The notes: generated by a model from the sequence alone, not told the origin. Numbered from the stretch's first letter, positions 30,120-41,313 are shown. The stretch: 64,000 bases of DNA from an uncultured Verrucomicrobiae bacterium (GCA_963842445.1 CAWJHF010000003.1:143342-207341), one strand, 5' to 3'. A program made the numbers and translations.

Positions 30120-30420
30120 TTAAACTCCCTCGTCGTAAAAAGCCGAAATTGCGGAAGCAAACCAAAACAACTCATTCTCTGAAAAATCCTTCCGCACCCA
30201 TTCAGGCAAACTTTGCCGAGGAAACCTCAACTGCTTTAGGGCATTGGCGAGCGCATCAATCTTCCGATTTATTTTGTCTTCGAGATTGCCAGCCTGTGTT
30301 CCGCTAGAAAGAGCTTTCGATAGCGCGAGGACGACTTCTAGGAAAACGAAGGCGGCTGACTGTGGATCGTCCGGGGAACCGATAAAGGCCCAAAAGTCTC
30401 TACCAATTCTGCGGTAAAGG
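30120..30420 (-). pseudogene. 3' fragment (~99 codons) of a probable type II restriction endonuclease
   Basis: Open frame LYRRIGRDFWAFIG...FWFASAISAFYDEGV* with no start, ending 2 nt before vsr; function inferred from the G.DFW.F motif and vsr linkage. Confidence 0.5.
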
Positions 30421-30911
30421 TGAGTTACCTCAACAAGTACTCGCCTGTGTCAATAACCTACGAGGGGATGGATTCGCTCTCGGCTGCGGAGAACCGTCCA
30501 CTGTGGGACACGGACGCGAACCCAACGGTGAATTTCCTTCTCCAAGAATTGCAGGCGAATGAAGACGTGGAGTTGGGCATCTACCCCGACAAGTCCGAGG
30601 TTATTGGGCATGCGCTGACTCTGACCGGCCTTACTTGGATTGATGCGGACAACAGCCTCACATTCAATGTGGGCGACACGTTGAGACTCGACATCATGGA
30701 CCCGGCTAACCCAAATGGGAACACACCATTGGTGCTCAAACCGGGCAACAACCCGGGCGACCCCATGACAATCTCGGGCGGGCCTTACAACAACTATGTC
30801 CTAGAGGTCGCTCTGGCGGAAAGTATTCCTGAGCCGATGACAGTCAGTTTGTTACTGCTGGGTGCCAGCGCGGTTCTCGGCGGTTTGCGACTACGCCGCC
30901 GATCATCGTAA
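30420..30911 (+). pseudogene. PEP-CTERM protein, apparently 5'-truncated
   Basis: Ends IPEP + TM + RLRRR; no signal peptide at start. Confidence 0.7.
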
Positions 30912-30955
30912 ATCATCATTATTCGTTCCTGACTCGCTCGGTATCCACCGACGAC

Positions 30956-30986
30956 AAAGCCGAACCGGAAAACTGGTTTGGCTTTT
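30956..30986. terminator. Probable bidirectional intrinsic terminator
   Basis: AAAGCCGAACCGG-AAAA-CTGGTTTGGCTTTT between convergent genes. Confidence 0.65.
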
Positions 30987-30995
30987 CATTTAATC

Positions 30996-33707
30996 TCATA
31001 TTATTTGCGGCTGTGCTTTTTCCGGATCCACGCCCAGGTCTTTGATGGCCTTTTCCACAAGCTGTTGCTCAACCAGTCTTTTCTCAGCTAGTGCAAAAAG
31101 CGCGGCGATAACGGTGGATTCTGCGTCAATTTCAAAAAATCGTCGTAGCCGCGCCCGTGTGTCGCTACGACCAAAGCCATCCGTGCCCAGCGTCATCAAA
31201 CCGCCCGGGATCCACGGCGCAATCTGATCGGGCACCAGCCGCATGTAATCCGAAACGGCAACGAAGGCCCCCCGCTCGTCCGCCAGCAAGGTTTCGACGT
31301 ATGATTTTTTCGCAAGCGCAGTTGGATGCAGCATGTTCCATCGTTTGCAACGGAGCGCATCAGTGCGGAGTAGTTTGTAACTCGTTGCGCTCCAAACGTC
31401 GGCGGAGACGTTGTAGCGTTCGGCCAGGATCTCTTGGGCTTTCAACGCGGAGTTGATGATTGAACCGCTGCCGAAGATGTGGGCCTTGAGCTTTTTGCCT
31501 TCCGGGCCGGGTTTGAATTTATACAAGCCTTTCAAAATGCCGTCTTCGACGCCCGCCGGCATCGGCGGCATGGCATAGTTTTCGTTGTAGAGCGAGAGGT
31601 AATAGAAAATTCCCTCGCCCTCGGCGAACATCCGGCGCAAGCCGTCGGCGATAATCACCGCCAGTTCGTAGGTGAACGCCGGATCGTAAGCCAGCAACGT
31701 CGGGATTGTGCTCGCGTGCAGCAGGCTGTGGCCGTCCTGGTGTTGAAGTCCTTCGCCGTTGAGCGTGGTGCGGCCCGCCGTTGCGCCGAGCAAAAAGCCT
31801 TTCGCCCGGATGTCACCCGCGAGCCAGAATAAATCTCCGACGCGTTGCGGTCCGAACATCGAATAATAAATGTAGAATGGAATGATCGGCACGCCATGCG
31901 TGGCGTAACTCGTGCCCGCCGCGATAAACGATGCAATCGAACCGGCCTCGGTAATGCCTTCCTCCAGAATCTGCCCGTCCTTCGCCTCGTGATAATAAAG
32001 CAGTGACTTGCTGTCCACCGGTTCGTAAAGCTGGCCCTTCGCGGAGTAGATGCCAATGTCCTTGAACAGCGCGTCCAGCCCGAACGTGCGTGCCTCGTCG
32101 GGAATAATCGGGACGATTTGCCGGCCGATGGCCCCGTGCCGCAATAGCACACTCGCCAAACGAACGAAAGCCATCGTCGTCGAGGCTTCCGTGGTCGAAC
32201 CTTTGAAAAATTCGGCGAAGTAATCGAGTTTCGGCACGTCGAGCGGCGGGGCGGTCACCTTGCGTTCCGGCAAAAAACCGCCAAGCGCCTTGCGGCGTTC
32301 GAGCAAATATTTCGTCTCCGGACTGTCCGGTGCCGGACGGAAAAACGGCGTTTCGGCGATGACGTCGTCGTTGATGGGGATTTTGAAGCGCTCGCGAAAT
32401 TCGCGAAGCTCCTTCTCATTCATCTTTTTTTGCTGATGCGAAATGTTTTTGCCCTCGCCCGCTTCACCCAAGCCGTAGCCTTTTACCGTCTTGGCCAGAA
32501 TGACTGTCGGCTGGCCCTTGTGTTCCACGGCCATTTTGTAGGCTGCGTACATTTTGCGCGCGTCATGTCCGCCGCGCAGCAGTTTGTGGATCTGGCCGTC
32601 GGTGAGATGATTCACCAGTTCCAGCAATTCGGGATATTTCCCGAAGAAATGCTTGCGCGTGTAGCTGCCCGGCTCGACGGAATACTTTTGGTAATTGCCG
32701 TCCACGGCTTCTTCCATGCGCTTGAGCAGCAGGCCGGACTTGTCGCGTGCGAGTAAATCGTCCCAGTCGGTGCCCCAAATGACCTTGATGACGTTCCAGC
32801 CCGCGCCGCGGAACACACCTTCAAGTTCCTGGATGATCTTGCCATTGCCGCGCACCGGACCGTCGAGCCGCTGTAAATTGCAGTTGATGACCCAAATCAG
32901 ATTGTCGAGGTTCTCGCGCGCACCGAGCGTGATGGCACCGAGCGTTTCCGGTTCGTCGCATTCGCCGTCACCGAGAAACGCCCAGAGTTTCGGCTCGTCC
33001 TTCCATTTCACCAGGCCGCGCGCCTGCAGGTAACGGTTGAAACGCGCCTGATACAGCGACAGCATCGGGCCGAGGCCCATCGAGACCGTCGGGAATTGCC
33101 AGAACTCCGGCATCAAATACGGGTGCGGATACGACGACAACCCGCCGCCCTCGGCAAGTTCCTGCCGGAAATTTTGCAGTTGCTGCTCGTCCAGCCGCCC
33201 TTCAAGAAATGCGCGCGCATACATTCCCGGCGCGGCGTGGCCTTGAAAGTAAACAATGTCGCCGGGAAAATCTTCCGTGCGCCCGCGCAGAAAATGGTTG
33301 AACGCCACCTCGTAAAGCGTCGCCGCCGAGGCGTAAGTCGAAATGTGGCCGCCCACGTTGGTGGTGGAATTCGCCTTGACCACCATCGCCATCGCGTTCC
33401 AGCGGATGTAGCTCTTGATGCGGCGCTCGATATCGCGGTTGCCCGGAAACGGCGCCTGTTGCTCGGGCGGAATGGTGTTGACGTAAGGCGTGTTGAAACC
33501 GCAACCGGCGCCCGATGCCACCGCTCGCAGTTTTTCGGCGAGTTTTTCCAGCAACCTTGCCGTCCGCTCCGGCCCCTGGCTCTCCAATACCAGTTCAAAA
33601 ACCGATTGCAACGATTCCAACCCTTTGTCGCCGGTGCCGGTGCCGGATGATGAAGCGGAGCGCGAACCGTAAATTTCTTTTGTCTGAATGCTCACTGTGT
33701 TACCCAC
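30996..33707 (-). CDS. aceE: Pyruvate dehydrogenase E1 (homodimeric)
   Basis: YVNTIP, GGHISTYAS, LSSYPHP, FPTVSMGLG, GDGE, NCNLQRLDG, GEGLQHQDG, GTDGFGRSD. Confidence 0.97.
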   Translation of the reverse strand: MGNTVSIQTKEIYGSRSASSSGTGTGDKGLESLQSVFELVLESQGPERTARLLEKLAEKLRAVASGAGCGFNTPYVNTIPPEQQAPFPGNRDIERRIKSYIRWNAMAMVVKANSTTNVGGHISTYASAATLYEVAFNHFLRGRTEDFPGDIVYFQGHAAPGMYARAFLEGRLDEQQLQNFRQELAEGGGLSSYPHPYLMPEFWQFPTVSMGLGPMLSLYQARFNRYLQARGLVKWKDEPKLWAFLGDGECDEPETLGAITLGARENLDNLIWVINCNLQRLDGPVRGNGKIIQELEGVFRGAGWNVIKVIWGTDWDDLLARDKSGLLLKRMEEAVDGNYQKYSVEPGSYTRKHFFGKYPELLELVNHLTDGQIHKLLRGGHDARKMYAAYKMAVEHKGQPTVILAKTVKGYGLGEAGEGKNISHQQKKMNEKELREFRERFKIPINDDVIAETPFFRPAPDSPETKYLLERRKALGGFLPERKVTAPPLDVPKLDYFAEFFKGSTTEASTTMAFVRLASVLLRHGAIGRQIVPIIPDEARTFGLDALFKDIGIYSAKGQLYEPVDSKSLLYYHEAKDGQILEEGITEAGSIASFIAAGTSYATHGVPIIPFYIYYSMFGPQRVGDLFWLAGDIRAKGFLLGATAGRTTLNGEGLQHQDGHSLLHASTIPTLLAYDPAFTYELAVIIADGLRRMFAEGEGIFYYLSLYNENYAMPPMPAGVEDGILKGLYKFKPGPEGKKLKAHIFGSGSIINSALKAQEILAERYNVSADVWSATSYKLLRTDALRCKRWNMLHPTALAKKSYVETLLADERGAFVAVSDYMRLVPDQIAPWIPGGLMTLGTDGFGRSDTRARLRRFFEIDAESTVIAALFALAEKRLVEQQLVEKAIKDLGVDPEKAQPQII

Positions 33708-33788
33708 TTATTTCTGTCACGCAAAATGCGCACAGGCAATAAAGCCCAATCTGGCCGTCAACGCCAGTGAAATCAGCACAACTGCAAA

Positions 33789-34532
33789 ATGAAATTACTC
33801 GACCTGACGTTTCCCTCACCCGCCGAAAACCTCGCATACGACGAGGCGCTGCTCGACTGGTGTGAAACCGCTGATGGTGAGGAAGTCCTCCGCTTTTGGG
33901 AATCGCCCGAACCTTTTGTCGTCGTTGGTTATGCAAACAAAGTCACATCCGAGGTCAACGTCGCGGCATGCGGAACAAAAGGAATTCCCGTTTACCGCCG
34001 TTGTTCCGGCGGCGGCGCCGTGTTGCAAGGCCCCGGCTGCCTTAATTACACCCTGGTTTTGAAAATCACCGAGGACAGTCCGCTTCACAACATCACCTCG
34101 GCAAACCGGTTCATCATGGAACGCAACCGCGCGGCGATTGAATCACTTTGCCCTGGACGCCAGACCCCAGACCCCAGACCCCGCATCGCCGTTCGCGGCC
34201 ACACCGATCTTTGCCTCGGCGATTTGAAATTTTCCGGCAACTCGCAACGGCGTCGAAAACATTTCCTGCTTTTCCACGGAACGTTTTTGTTGAACTTCGA
34301 TCTTGCGCTCGTGAATCAAGTATTACGGATGCCATCGAAACAACCGGACTATCGCAAACGCCGGACGCATGCCAAATTTCTGACAAATTTGAACATGCCC
34401 GCCGAAAAGGTGAAAACCGTGCTGCAAAAGGCGTGGGACGCCGACTCACCGATGAAAAATCCGCCGATGGGAAAAGCCGCCGTACTTGTCCGGGAAAAAT
34501 ATGCCACTTCAGAGTGGAATCAGAGGTTCTGA
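33789..34532 (+). CDS. Lipoate-protein ligase A family
   Basis: ENLA.DEALL, RRCSGGGAV, KFSGNSQ, HGT; divergent from aceE. Confidence 0.9.
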   Translation: MKLLDLTFPSPAENLAYDEALLDWCETADGEEVLRFWESPEPFVVVGYANKVTSEVNVAACGTKGIPVYRRCSGGGAVLQGPGCLNYTLVLKITEDSPLHNITSANRFIMERNRAAIESLCPGRQTPDPRPRIAVRGHTDLCLGDLKFSGNSQRRRKHFLLFHGTFLLNFDLALVNQVLRMPSKQPDYRKRRTHAKFLTNLNMPAEKVKTVLQKAWDADSPMKNPPMGKAAVLVREKYATSEWNQRF

Positions 34533-34793
34533 CAGCGGCATAGTTGAGAATGGGATGTAAATTACCTCAGGACACTTAATGGCAGGGTGGCAGAGGCTCA
34601 ATTTGTTCTTCTCCAATTTCTATCCGTCACCAAAAAAAACTGCCGTTCCGTCAGGATTTTCCACGGTTCACTTGCCGCATCCTATAGAATTCGAGGTACT
34701 TAGCCAGGCAAAGCCTGCTTTGGTTTCTGTATCATTTTTTGGCATGAAAACAGCTTTTGGGACACCGGCAAAACCGAAACAAAAGGTTTACAA

Positions 34794-37700
34794 GTGAAAA
34801 ATACGTCTGATATGCAAAAAAGTGGACAGGCCTGTCTTACAAGTGGACAAAGGCCAGAACTTTCACTGCAGCTTCAGGAAACTTCCAGTCGCCTCCCGCA
34901 GAATGCTGTTTCCGCCGGAAATTTCCTTTATAACGGTCGGAATGATACGATCGTTAAGGCTACACTGCCCTTCAAATTATGGCCTTGCCTTCTGACATCT
35001 CACATCACCAAGGCAATGTTAATCCTGGTGATGGCAGGTAGCTTGGCCATGTCGGCGCGGGCGCAAAGCAACATCGTCTATGCCGTCGAATACAATCAGT
35101 CAACCAACCTTTTCGGCACCATTAATCTGCTGAACGGCAGCTTTACCAAAATTTCCTCTGTCGGCGGAGCGGTTATCAACGACATTGCCTGCTGCCCCAC
35201 AAACGGAATGTTGTATGGGGTATCAAATTCCGCAGCCTTGGTAACGTTCAACAAGACAAATGGCGTGATGACCAGAGTTGCGGCCCTGAGTGTAAGCGGG
35301 ATTGAATCGTTGGCCTTCCGGCCAAGCGACGGGGTGCTGTTCGGAGCCACGGCGAGCAGATTGTACACGATTAACATCACCAATGGGACCGCAACTTCAG
35401 TCGGTTCTTATGGCAATGCCCACAACCTTACCACCGGGCAGAACATCCGTTTTGCACAGGACGGCAACCTTTATGTAAGCAATACAAGCACGAACACCGA
35501 CATCTACCGGATCAGCACTTCAACCGGCAGTGCGACGTGGATGGGAGAAGCCATCGGTTTCCCATATCTGATTCTTGAGAACAGCAGCACGAATATGTAT
35601 GGCTCCTACATCAGTCTGGGATCTTCAACCAACCCGTACCCCGTGCTGGTGACTTTCAATCTCAGCAGTTTCGTTGTTGGCGGGACCAATGCCAATGGCA
35701 GCACCCACCAGATTACACTCAATCTTGTGGGCGCCGGCACCAACTTTCCCGCCAATTTTAATTTCTCAGGCAATACTTCTCAGGCTGTCACCAATCTCAC
35801 CATCCCGGTTAGTGCGGTTGGGCCGGTGAGCCAGACCGTTTGTCCGGGTGACAGCGCGACCTTTAGTACGGTGGCTTCGGGGACCGGAACCTTACAGCTA
35901 TGCGTGGATGAAAAACAATGTGGCAATCAGCGGCCAAACCAACAGCAGTCTGACCTTGAACAACGTGAGCACCGGAGACGCGGCAACCTACAGCGTAATT
36001 GTAAACGGGTTGATGGGCAGCGTGACCAACAGCGCGACGCTGACAGTCAACATGCCGGTGACAGCGACATCGTTGAGCAATGTGACGGATTGTCCGGGCG
36101 ACAGTGCAACTTTCAGCACGGTGGCTTCGGGTACCGGTCCGTTCAGCTACGCGTGGTTGAAAAATGGAACCCTTATCTCCGGCCAGAACGGCAGCAGTCT
36201 GACTTTGAACAATGTGAGCGCCAGTGACATGGCAACCTACAGCGTGATCGTGAGCGGCGCCTGCGGTAGTGTGGTGACCAACAGCGCGACTTTGACAGTG
36301 AATGTGCCGGTAACGGTGACCGTGGCACCGGTGAGCCAGACGACCGTGGTGGGGAACAACGTCACGTTCAGCGTGACGGCGACCGGGACGGGTCTGAGCT
36401 ACCAATGGCTGTTTAACAGCGCGGTGATTGGAACCAGCAGCAGCCTGACGTTAAACAACGTGACCACCAGCCAGGCGGGAACTTATACGGTGATTGTCAG
36501 CGGCGCCTGCGGCAGCGTGACCAACAGCGCGACTTTGACAGTGAATGTGCCGGTGACGGTGACCGTGCCGCCAGTGAGCCAGACGACCGTGGTGGGGAGC
36601 AACGTCACGTTCAGCGTGACGGCGACCGGGACGGGTCTGAGCTATCAATGGCTGTTTAACAGCGCGGTGATCGGAACCAGCAGCAGCCTGACGTTAAACA
36701 ACGTGACCACCAGCCAGGCAGGTATTTACACCGTGATTGTCAGCGGCGCCTGCGGCAGCGTGACCAACAGCGCCACGCTGACGGTGAACGTGCCGGTGAC
36801 GGTGACCGTGCCGCCGGTGAGCCAGACGACGGTAGTGGGGAGCAACGTGACGTTCAGCGTGACGGCGACCGGGACGGGTCTGAGCTATCAATGGCTGTTT
36901 AACAGCGCGGTGATTGGAACCAGCAGCAGCCTGACGTTGAATAATGTAACAACGGATCAAGCGGGGATTTATACGGTAATTGTCAACGGTACCTGCGGCA
37001 GCGTGACCAACAGCGCGACTTTGACAGTGAACGTGCCGGTGACGGTGACCGTGCCGCCGGTGAGCCAGACGACCGTGGTGGGGAGCAACGTCACGTTCAG
37101 CGTGACGGCGACCGGGACGGGTTTGAGCTATCAATGGCTGTTTAACAGCGCGGTGATTGGAACCAGCAGCAGCCTGACGTTGAATAATGTAACAACGGAT
37201 CAAGCGGGAATTTATACGGTGATTGTCAACGGCGCCTGCGGTAGCGTGACCAACAGCGCGACTTTGACAGTGAACGTGCCAGTGACGGTGACCGTGCCGC
37301 CGGTGAGCCAGACGACCGTGGTGGGGAGCAACGTCACGTTCAGCGTGACGGCGAACGGGACGGGTCTGAGCTATCAATGGCTGTTTAACAGCGCGGTGAT
37401 TGGAACCAGCAGCAGCCTGACGTTGAATAATGTAACAACGGATCAAGCGGGAATTTATACGGTAATTGTCAACGGTGCCTGTGGCAGCGTGACCAACAGT
37501 GCGACCTTGACAGTGAATGTGCCGGTGACGGTGACCGTGCCGCCGGTGAGCCAGACGACCGTGGTGGGGAGCAACGTGACGTTCAGCGTGACGGCGAACG
37601 GGACAGGTTTGAGCTACCAATGGCTGTTTAACGGTTTGGTGATTGGAACCGATAGCAGTCTGGCATTGAACAACGTGACCACCAACCAAGCGGGAATTTA

Positions 37701-38490
37701 TACGGTAATTGTCAACGGTGCCTGTGGCAGCGTGACCAACAGCGCGACTTTGACAGTGAACGTGCCGGTGACGGTGACCGTGCCGCCGGCGAGCCAGACG
37801 ACGGTAGTGGGGAGCAACGTCACGTTCAGCGTGACGGCGACCGGGACCGGTTTGAGCTATCAATGGCTGTTCGGCGGTTCAGTGGTTGGGACGGCCAGCA
37901 GCCTGACGTTGAACAATGTGACCACCGGCCAGGCTGGCGTTTACACCGTGATTGTCAGTGGTGCCGACGATGACGATCCAGTCACCAACAGCGCCACGCT
38001 GACGGTGGACGTGCCGGTGACAGCGACCGCTTTGACCAATTTGGTGTGTAATCAGGGTGACAACGCAACGTTCAGCACGGTGGCTTCGGGCACCGGACCG
38101 TTCAACTACGCTTGGTTGAAGAACGGAAGCGTGATTTCCGGCCAGAACAATAACTGTTTGACTTTAAACAGCGTGAGCACCAATGACGCGGCGACTTACA
38201 GTGTAATCGCGAGCGGAGCGTGCAACAGCGTAACCAATAGCGCCACGCTGACGGTCAATCTTCTACAGCCGCCCAGGCTCTCAATCGTTCCCCAAGGAAA
38301 CGGCAGTGTGAAAGTTACCGCGTCGAATGGTGCTTCCGGTCAGAATTATGTGCTTTTGTATTCAACTAACCTGGTTAATTGGACAGTCATTAGCACGAAC
38401 ACGGCTGACTCAACCGGGGCAAGCACGTTCATCAACCTGGACGCCACGAACCATCCGTACGGCTTTTACCGGACCATGACGCCGCAATAA
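34794..38490 (+). CDS. Large secreted protein: propeller-like N-terminus, ~10 Ig-like domains, C-terminal FYR domain; frameshift at ~35888
   Basis: ORFs 34794-36227 and 35848-38490 join if one A is removed from ACCGGAACCTTAC (sister repeats read ACCGGTCCGTTC and ACCGGACCGTTC); real start may be ~35016. Confidence 0.8.
36298..38004 (+). repeat. Seven near-identical 243-bp (81-aa) Ig-domain tandem repeats
   Basis: Units start at 36298, 36541, 36784, 37027, 37270, 37513, 37756 (last unit 249 bp). Confidence 0.93.
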
Positions 38491-38559
38491 TAGAGTAACA
38501 GTAAAATTCGCGGCTTCGGCACGGGAGAATTACACGACCCGCAAATAGAACTTCAAATC

Positions 38560-38640
38560 AGATTTACGATACGCGATTTACGATTTACGAATCCATGCGC
38601 GATTCGGAGGCGTCTCGTAAATCGTATATCGAAAATCGGA
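38560..38640. repeat. Inverted heptamer arrays (GATTTAC)n ... (GTAAATC-like)n
   Basis: Between convergent genes; could fold as a hairpin. Confidence 0.7.
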
Positions 38641-38645
38641 AATAA

Positions 38646-39221
38646 TCAGAGTCTCTTTGCCAATTCCGCCCGGCTCTTCGCAAACACTTCCTTGTGCAGC
38701 GAATTGCCGTGTGCATCAATCGTGACGACCGCCGGGAAATCCTGCACTTCAAATTCCCAGATCGCTTCCGGCGCTCCGAATTTTTCCATCATATAGACGT
38801 TGCGCACTTTTTTGATGCACTCGGCCAGCACTTGGGCCGCGCCGCCAACCGCGTGCAAATACACGCAGCCGTAGTCGCTGCAGGCTGCCAGCGTTTTATC
38901 GCCCATGCCCCCCTTGCCGATGACGCCGCGGATGCCGAAATCGCGAATGATTTGCGCCTGATACGGCTCCTCGCGGATGGAAGTTGTCGGACCGGCGGCG
39001 GTGGCCTTCCAATTCCCCTGCTCATCCTTCATCACGACCGGGCCACAATGATAAAGAATCCCATCGCGCAGGTTCACGCCCGGCGGCAGCCTGCCGCCTT
39101 CGTGCAGATATTTGTGAACCGCGTCGCGCCCGGTGAACACGACGCCGGAAATCAAAACCTCGTCGCCGACTTTCAGCGCCCGGATTTTTTCTTCGGTGAA
39201 AGGAAATGAAAGTTTAATCAT
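38646..39221 (-). CDS. Class I (Fe-S) fumarate hydratase, beta subunit
   Basis: L.VGD.V.ISG, RDA.H, YHCGP, GPTTS.R, IGKGG, DAHGNSL. Confidence 0.92.
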   Translation of the reverse strand: MIKLSFPFTEEKIRALKVGDEVLISGVVFTGRDAVHKYLHEGGRLPPGVNLRDGILYHCGPVVMKDEQGNWKATAAGPTTSIREEPYQAQIIRDFGIRGVIGKGGMGDKTLAACSDYGCVYLHAVGGAAQVLAECIKKVRNVYMMEKFGAPEAIWEFEVQDFPAVVTIDAHGNSLHKEVFAKSRAELAKRL

Positions 39222-39229
39222 GGGGTGTT

Positions 39230-39976
39230 TTACTGTGGGCTCACGCCACCTTTTAATCCAGCTAAAAGCACGTTACTCAAGGTTGACTCACGAAATTCTT
39301 TGTCTCTGACAACTCTTTGGAGTGAATCAAGCACCTGCAAATAGTCCTTTTCGCCCTGAGATGGAGGTAATTGAGAATAACTTGTCGCGTTGAACCAACC
39401 TCCGCAGCGGTTGAGAATCGCAAAACCATTATAAATCAACTTTTCAATGTCTGCATACGGCACGCTACGCTTTGAATAGAAAATTTCCTCTCCTTCAACC
39501 AAGCCTTTATTCCTATGTGCCACAACATCTCCTCGCACTTGGTAAAGATTCTTCACGAGCGGGTTGTTGTCAGAGCAAAACCCAACGTCTTTCTCAATTT
39601 GTTTTGCATCTGGCGTTCCGAACACGTCTGCCAAATCTTCGCGGCTCTCATTGTTCTTTAATCGTTCAAGAAATGCCTTTCGACAAAAAATATGTGTGTT
39701 GGCCGGATCGCGAACAACTTCGAGTAGAAAACGGAGATGAACAGCACTGGAATCTTTATCATAGACGCGACACAAGTGCAGCACGGCAATTTCAATATGA
39801 GCGCGAGAGGTGTAACTCCAGAACCAAGGAGACCTTTCAAACACCTTCCTGTAGTTGGCTGAAGACTCTCCCAACCCTTTAAAGATGTTAAAGTGCGTGT
39901 TTGCATCCCAAAGGCCGTGAAAAACAACTTTTAGATATTCCTGGAAATCTTGAGCACTTTTCAGTTTCGTTCTCAT
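39230..39976 (-). CDS. HEPN-domain (AbiU2-like) putative RNase
   Basis: LHLCRVYD and RGDVVAH (Rx5H) motifs, helical protein, AT-rich, between the fumarase subunits. Confidence 0.65.
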   Translation of the reverse strand: MRTKLKSAQDFQEYLKVVFHGLWDANTHFNIFKGLGESSANYRKVFERSPWFWSYTSRAHIEIAVLHLCRVYDKDSSAVHLRFLLEVVRDPANTHIFCRKAFLERLKNNESREDLADVFGTPDAKQIEKDVGFCSDNNPLVKNLYQVRGDVVAHRNKGLVEGEEIFYSKRSVPYADIEKLIYNGFAILNRCGGWFNATSYSQLPPSQGEKDYLQVLDSLQRVVRDKEFRESTLSNVLLAGLKGGVSPQ

Positions 39977-39978
39977 GC

Positions 39979-40857
39979 TTAATACAACCACTTTCCAATC
40001 TTCCCATTTGCATCCAGCGTCACGCCCTGACGCCGATACGCCCAGCACATGTAGCTGACGCTGACGAAATAGGATGCGGGCAAGCGGTTCGCCGCGCAAA
40101 TCTTCACGCCCAGCAGCGTCGTCTTGCCGCCGAATCCCATCGGGCCGATGCCGAGTTCGTTTGCCGTCTTCAAAATGTCCTGCTCCAGCTTGTCCAGTTC
40201 CGGATTCGGATTGCGGTCGGGAATCAGCCGCAGGAATTGCGTCTTGCTCATCTCGTAGCCCGTCGCGCGGTCGCCGCCGATGCACACGCCGAGGATGCCC
40301 GGTCCGCAGCCTTTGCCCTGCGCCTGCAATACCGCATCGAGAATCACCTTGCGACAGCCGTCGAGGTCGCGGTTGGCCTGGAGTTTCTCACTTGGCAACG
40401 AGTACTGCGCGCCGACGTTTTCGCAGCCGCCGCCCTTGAGCACCAGCCGCACGCTGACTTCCGGCGAGCGATGCTGATGAAAATGAAACGCCGGCGCGCC
40501 CGGCCCGACGTTCGTGCCGTCGTTCCTGCCAGTAAGCGAATCCACGGAGTTTTGCCGGAGAAAACCTTTCTTCGTCGCCAGCTTTACGGCTTCCTTCGCC
40601 GTTTCTTCAAACGCAATCTGATCGAAGCCGACCGGAACATCCACATAAAACAGAATGCTGCCGGTGTCCTGGCAAATCGGCTGCGATTTTTGTTTGGCGA
40701 GTTCAACGTTGCGCTCAATGATTTTCAACGCGTTCTCGGCAATCGTGCCTTTCTTCTCCTGTTCCAATGAATCGAGAATTGCCTTTTGCACGTCGTCGGG
40801 AATTTCCGCCGAGGTGCGCCGGATCAATTCGAGCAGGGAATTTTGCAATTCAGACAT
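39979..40857 (-). CDS. Class I fumarate hydratase, alpha subunit
   Basis: PICQDTG, LRQNSVD, KGGGCEN, GIGPMGFGG, SYMCWA.R. Confidence 0.93.
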   Translation of the reverse strand: MSELQNSLLELIRRTSAEIPDDVQKAILDSLEQEKKGTIAENALKIIERNVELAKQKSQPICQDTGSILFYVDVPVGFDQIAFEETAKEAVKLATKKGFLRQNSVDSLTGRNDGTNVGPGAPAFHFHQHRSPEVSVRLVLKGGGCENVGAQYSLPSEKLQANRDLDGCRKVILDAVLQAQGKGCGPGILGVCIGGDRATGYEMSKTQFLRLIPDRNPNPELDKLEQDILKTANELGIGPMGFGGKTTLLGVKICAANRLPASYFVSVSYMCWAYRRQGVTLDANGKIGKWLY

Positions 40858-40869
40858 AATCGTCTGAAG

Positions 40870-41313
40870 CTACGATTTGTTCTGCGGTGCGTCAATCAAG
40901 TCAATCCGCCGCTGATGTCTCCCGCCCTCGAACGGCGTCGTCAGCCACACACGGACAATCTCGAGCGCGGTTTGGAGATTGACCAGCCGTGCGCCGATGG
41001 AAATGACATTGGCGTTGTTGTGTCGCCGCCCAAGTCGCGCGGACTCCACGTTCCAGCACACTGCGCAATAGACACCTTTGACCCGGTTTGCTGTTATCGC
41101 TTCACCATTGCCGGAACCGCCAAGCACAACACCGCGTTCAAATTCGCCACGGGCGACGGCCTCCGCCACGGGCCGGATGAACAGCGGATAATCCACCGGC
41201 TCCTCTGAATGCGTGCCATAATCCGTAACGTTGTGTCCAAGGCTTTGCAGCAGTTCCTTGATGACTTCCTTGTATCGAAAGCCAGCGTGGTCCGAGCCAA
41301 TGGCAATTTTCAT
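40870..41313 (-). CDS. rpiB: Ribose-5-phosphate isomerase B
   Basis: GSDHAG, DYP, GSGNG, HNNAN, FEGGRH.RR. Confidence 0.95.
   Translation of the reverse strand: MKIAIGSDHAGFRYKEVIKELLQSLGHNVTDYGTHSEEPVDYPLFIRPVAEAVARGEFERGVVLGGSGNGEAITANRVKGVYCAVCWNVESARLGRRHNNANVISIGARLVNLQTALEIVRVWLTTPFEGGRHQRRIDLIDAPQNKS

Noticed and set aside
28350-30995. Intact prophage or ICE at tRNA-Phe
   Set aside because: Only ~2.6 kb; no structural, replication or conjugation genes and no att repeat found
34739-34756. Sigma54-like TTGGCATG-N4-CAGCT upstream of the Ig-repeat gene
   Set aside because: GG-N10-GC spacing fits but the -12 element is weak and the gene start is uncertain; not enough support
36298-38004. 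Regular repeat array as CRISPR or DGR template/variable repeats
   Set aside because: Units are 243-bp in-frame coding repeats with no spacers; no cas or reverse transcriptase gene in the window
39230-40285. 351-aa ORF as a fumarase-HEPN fusion
   Set aside because: The first ~103 aa are an off-frame overlap with the alpha subunit; the plausible start is ATG 39976
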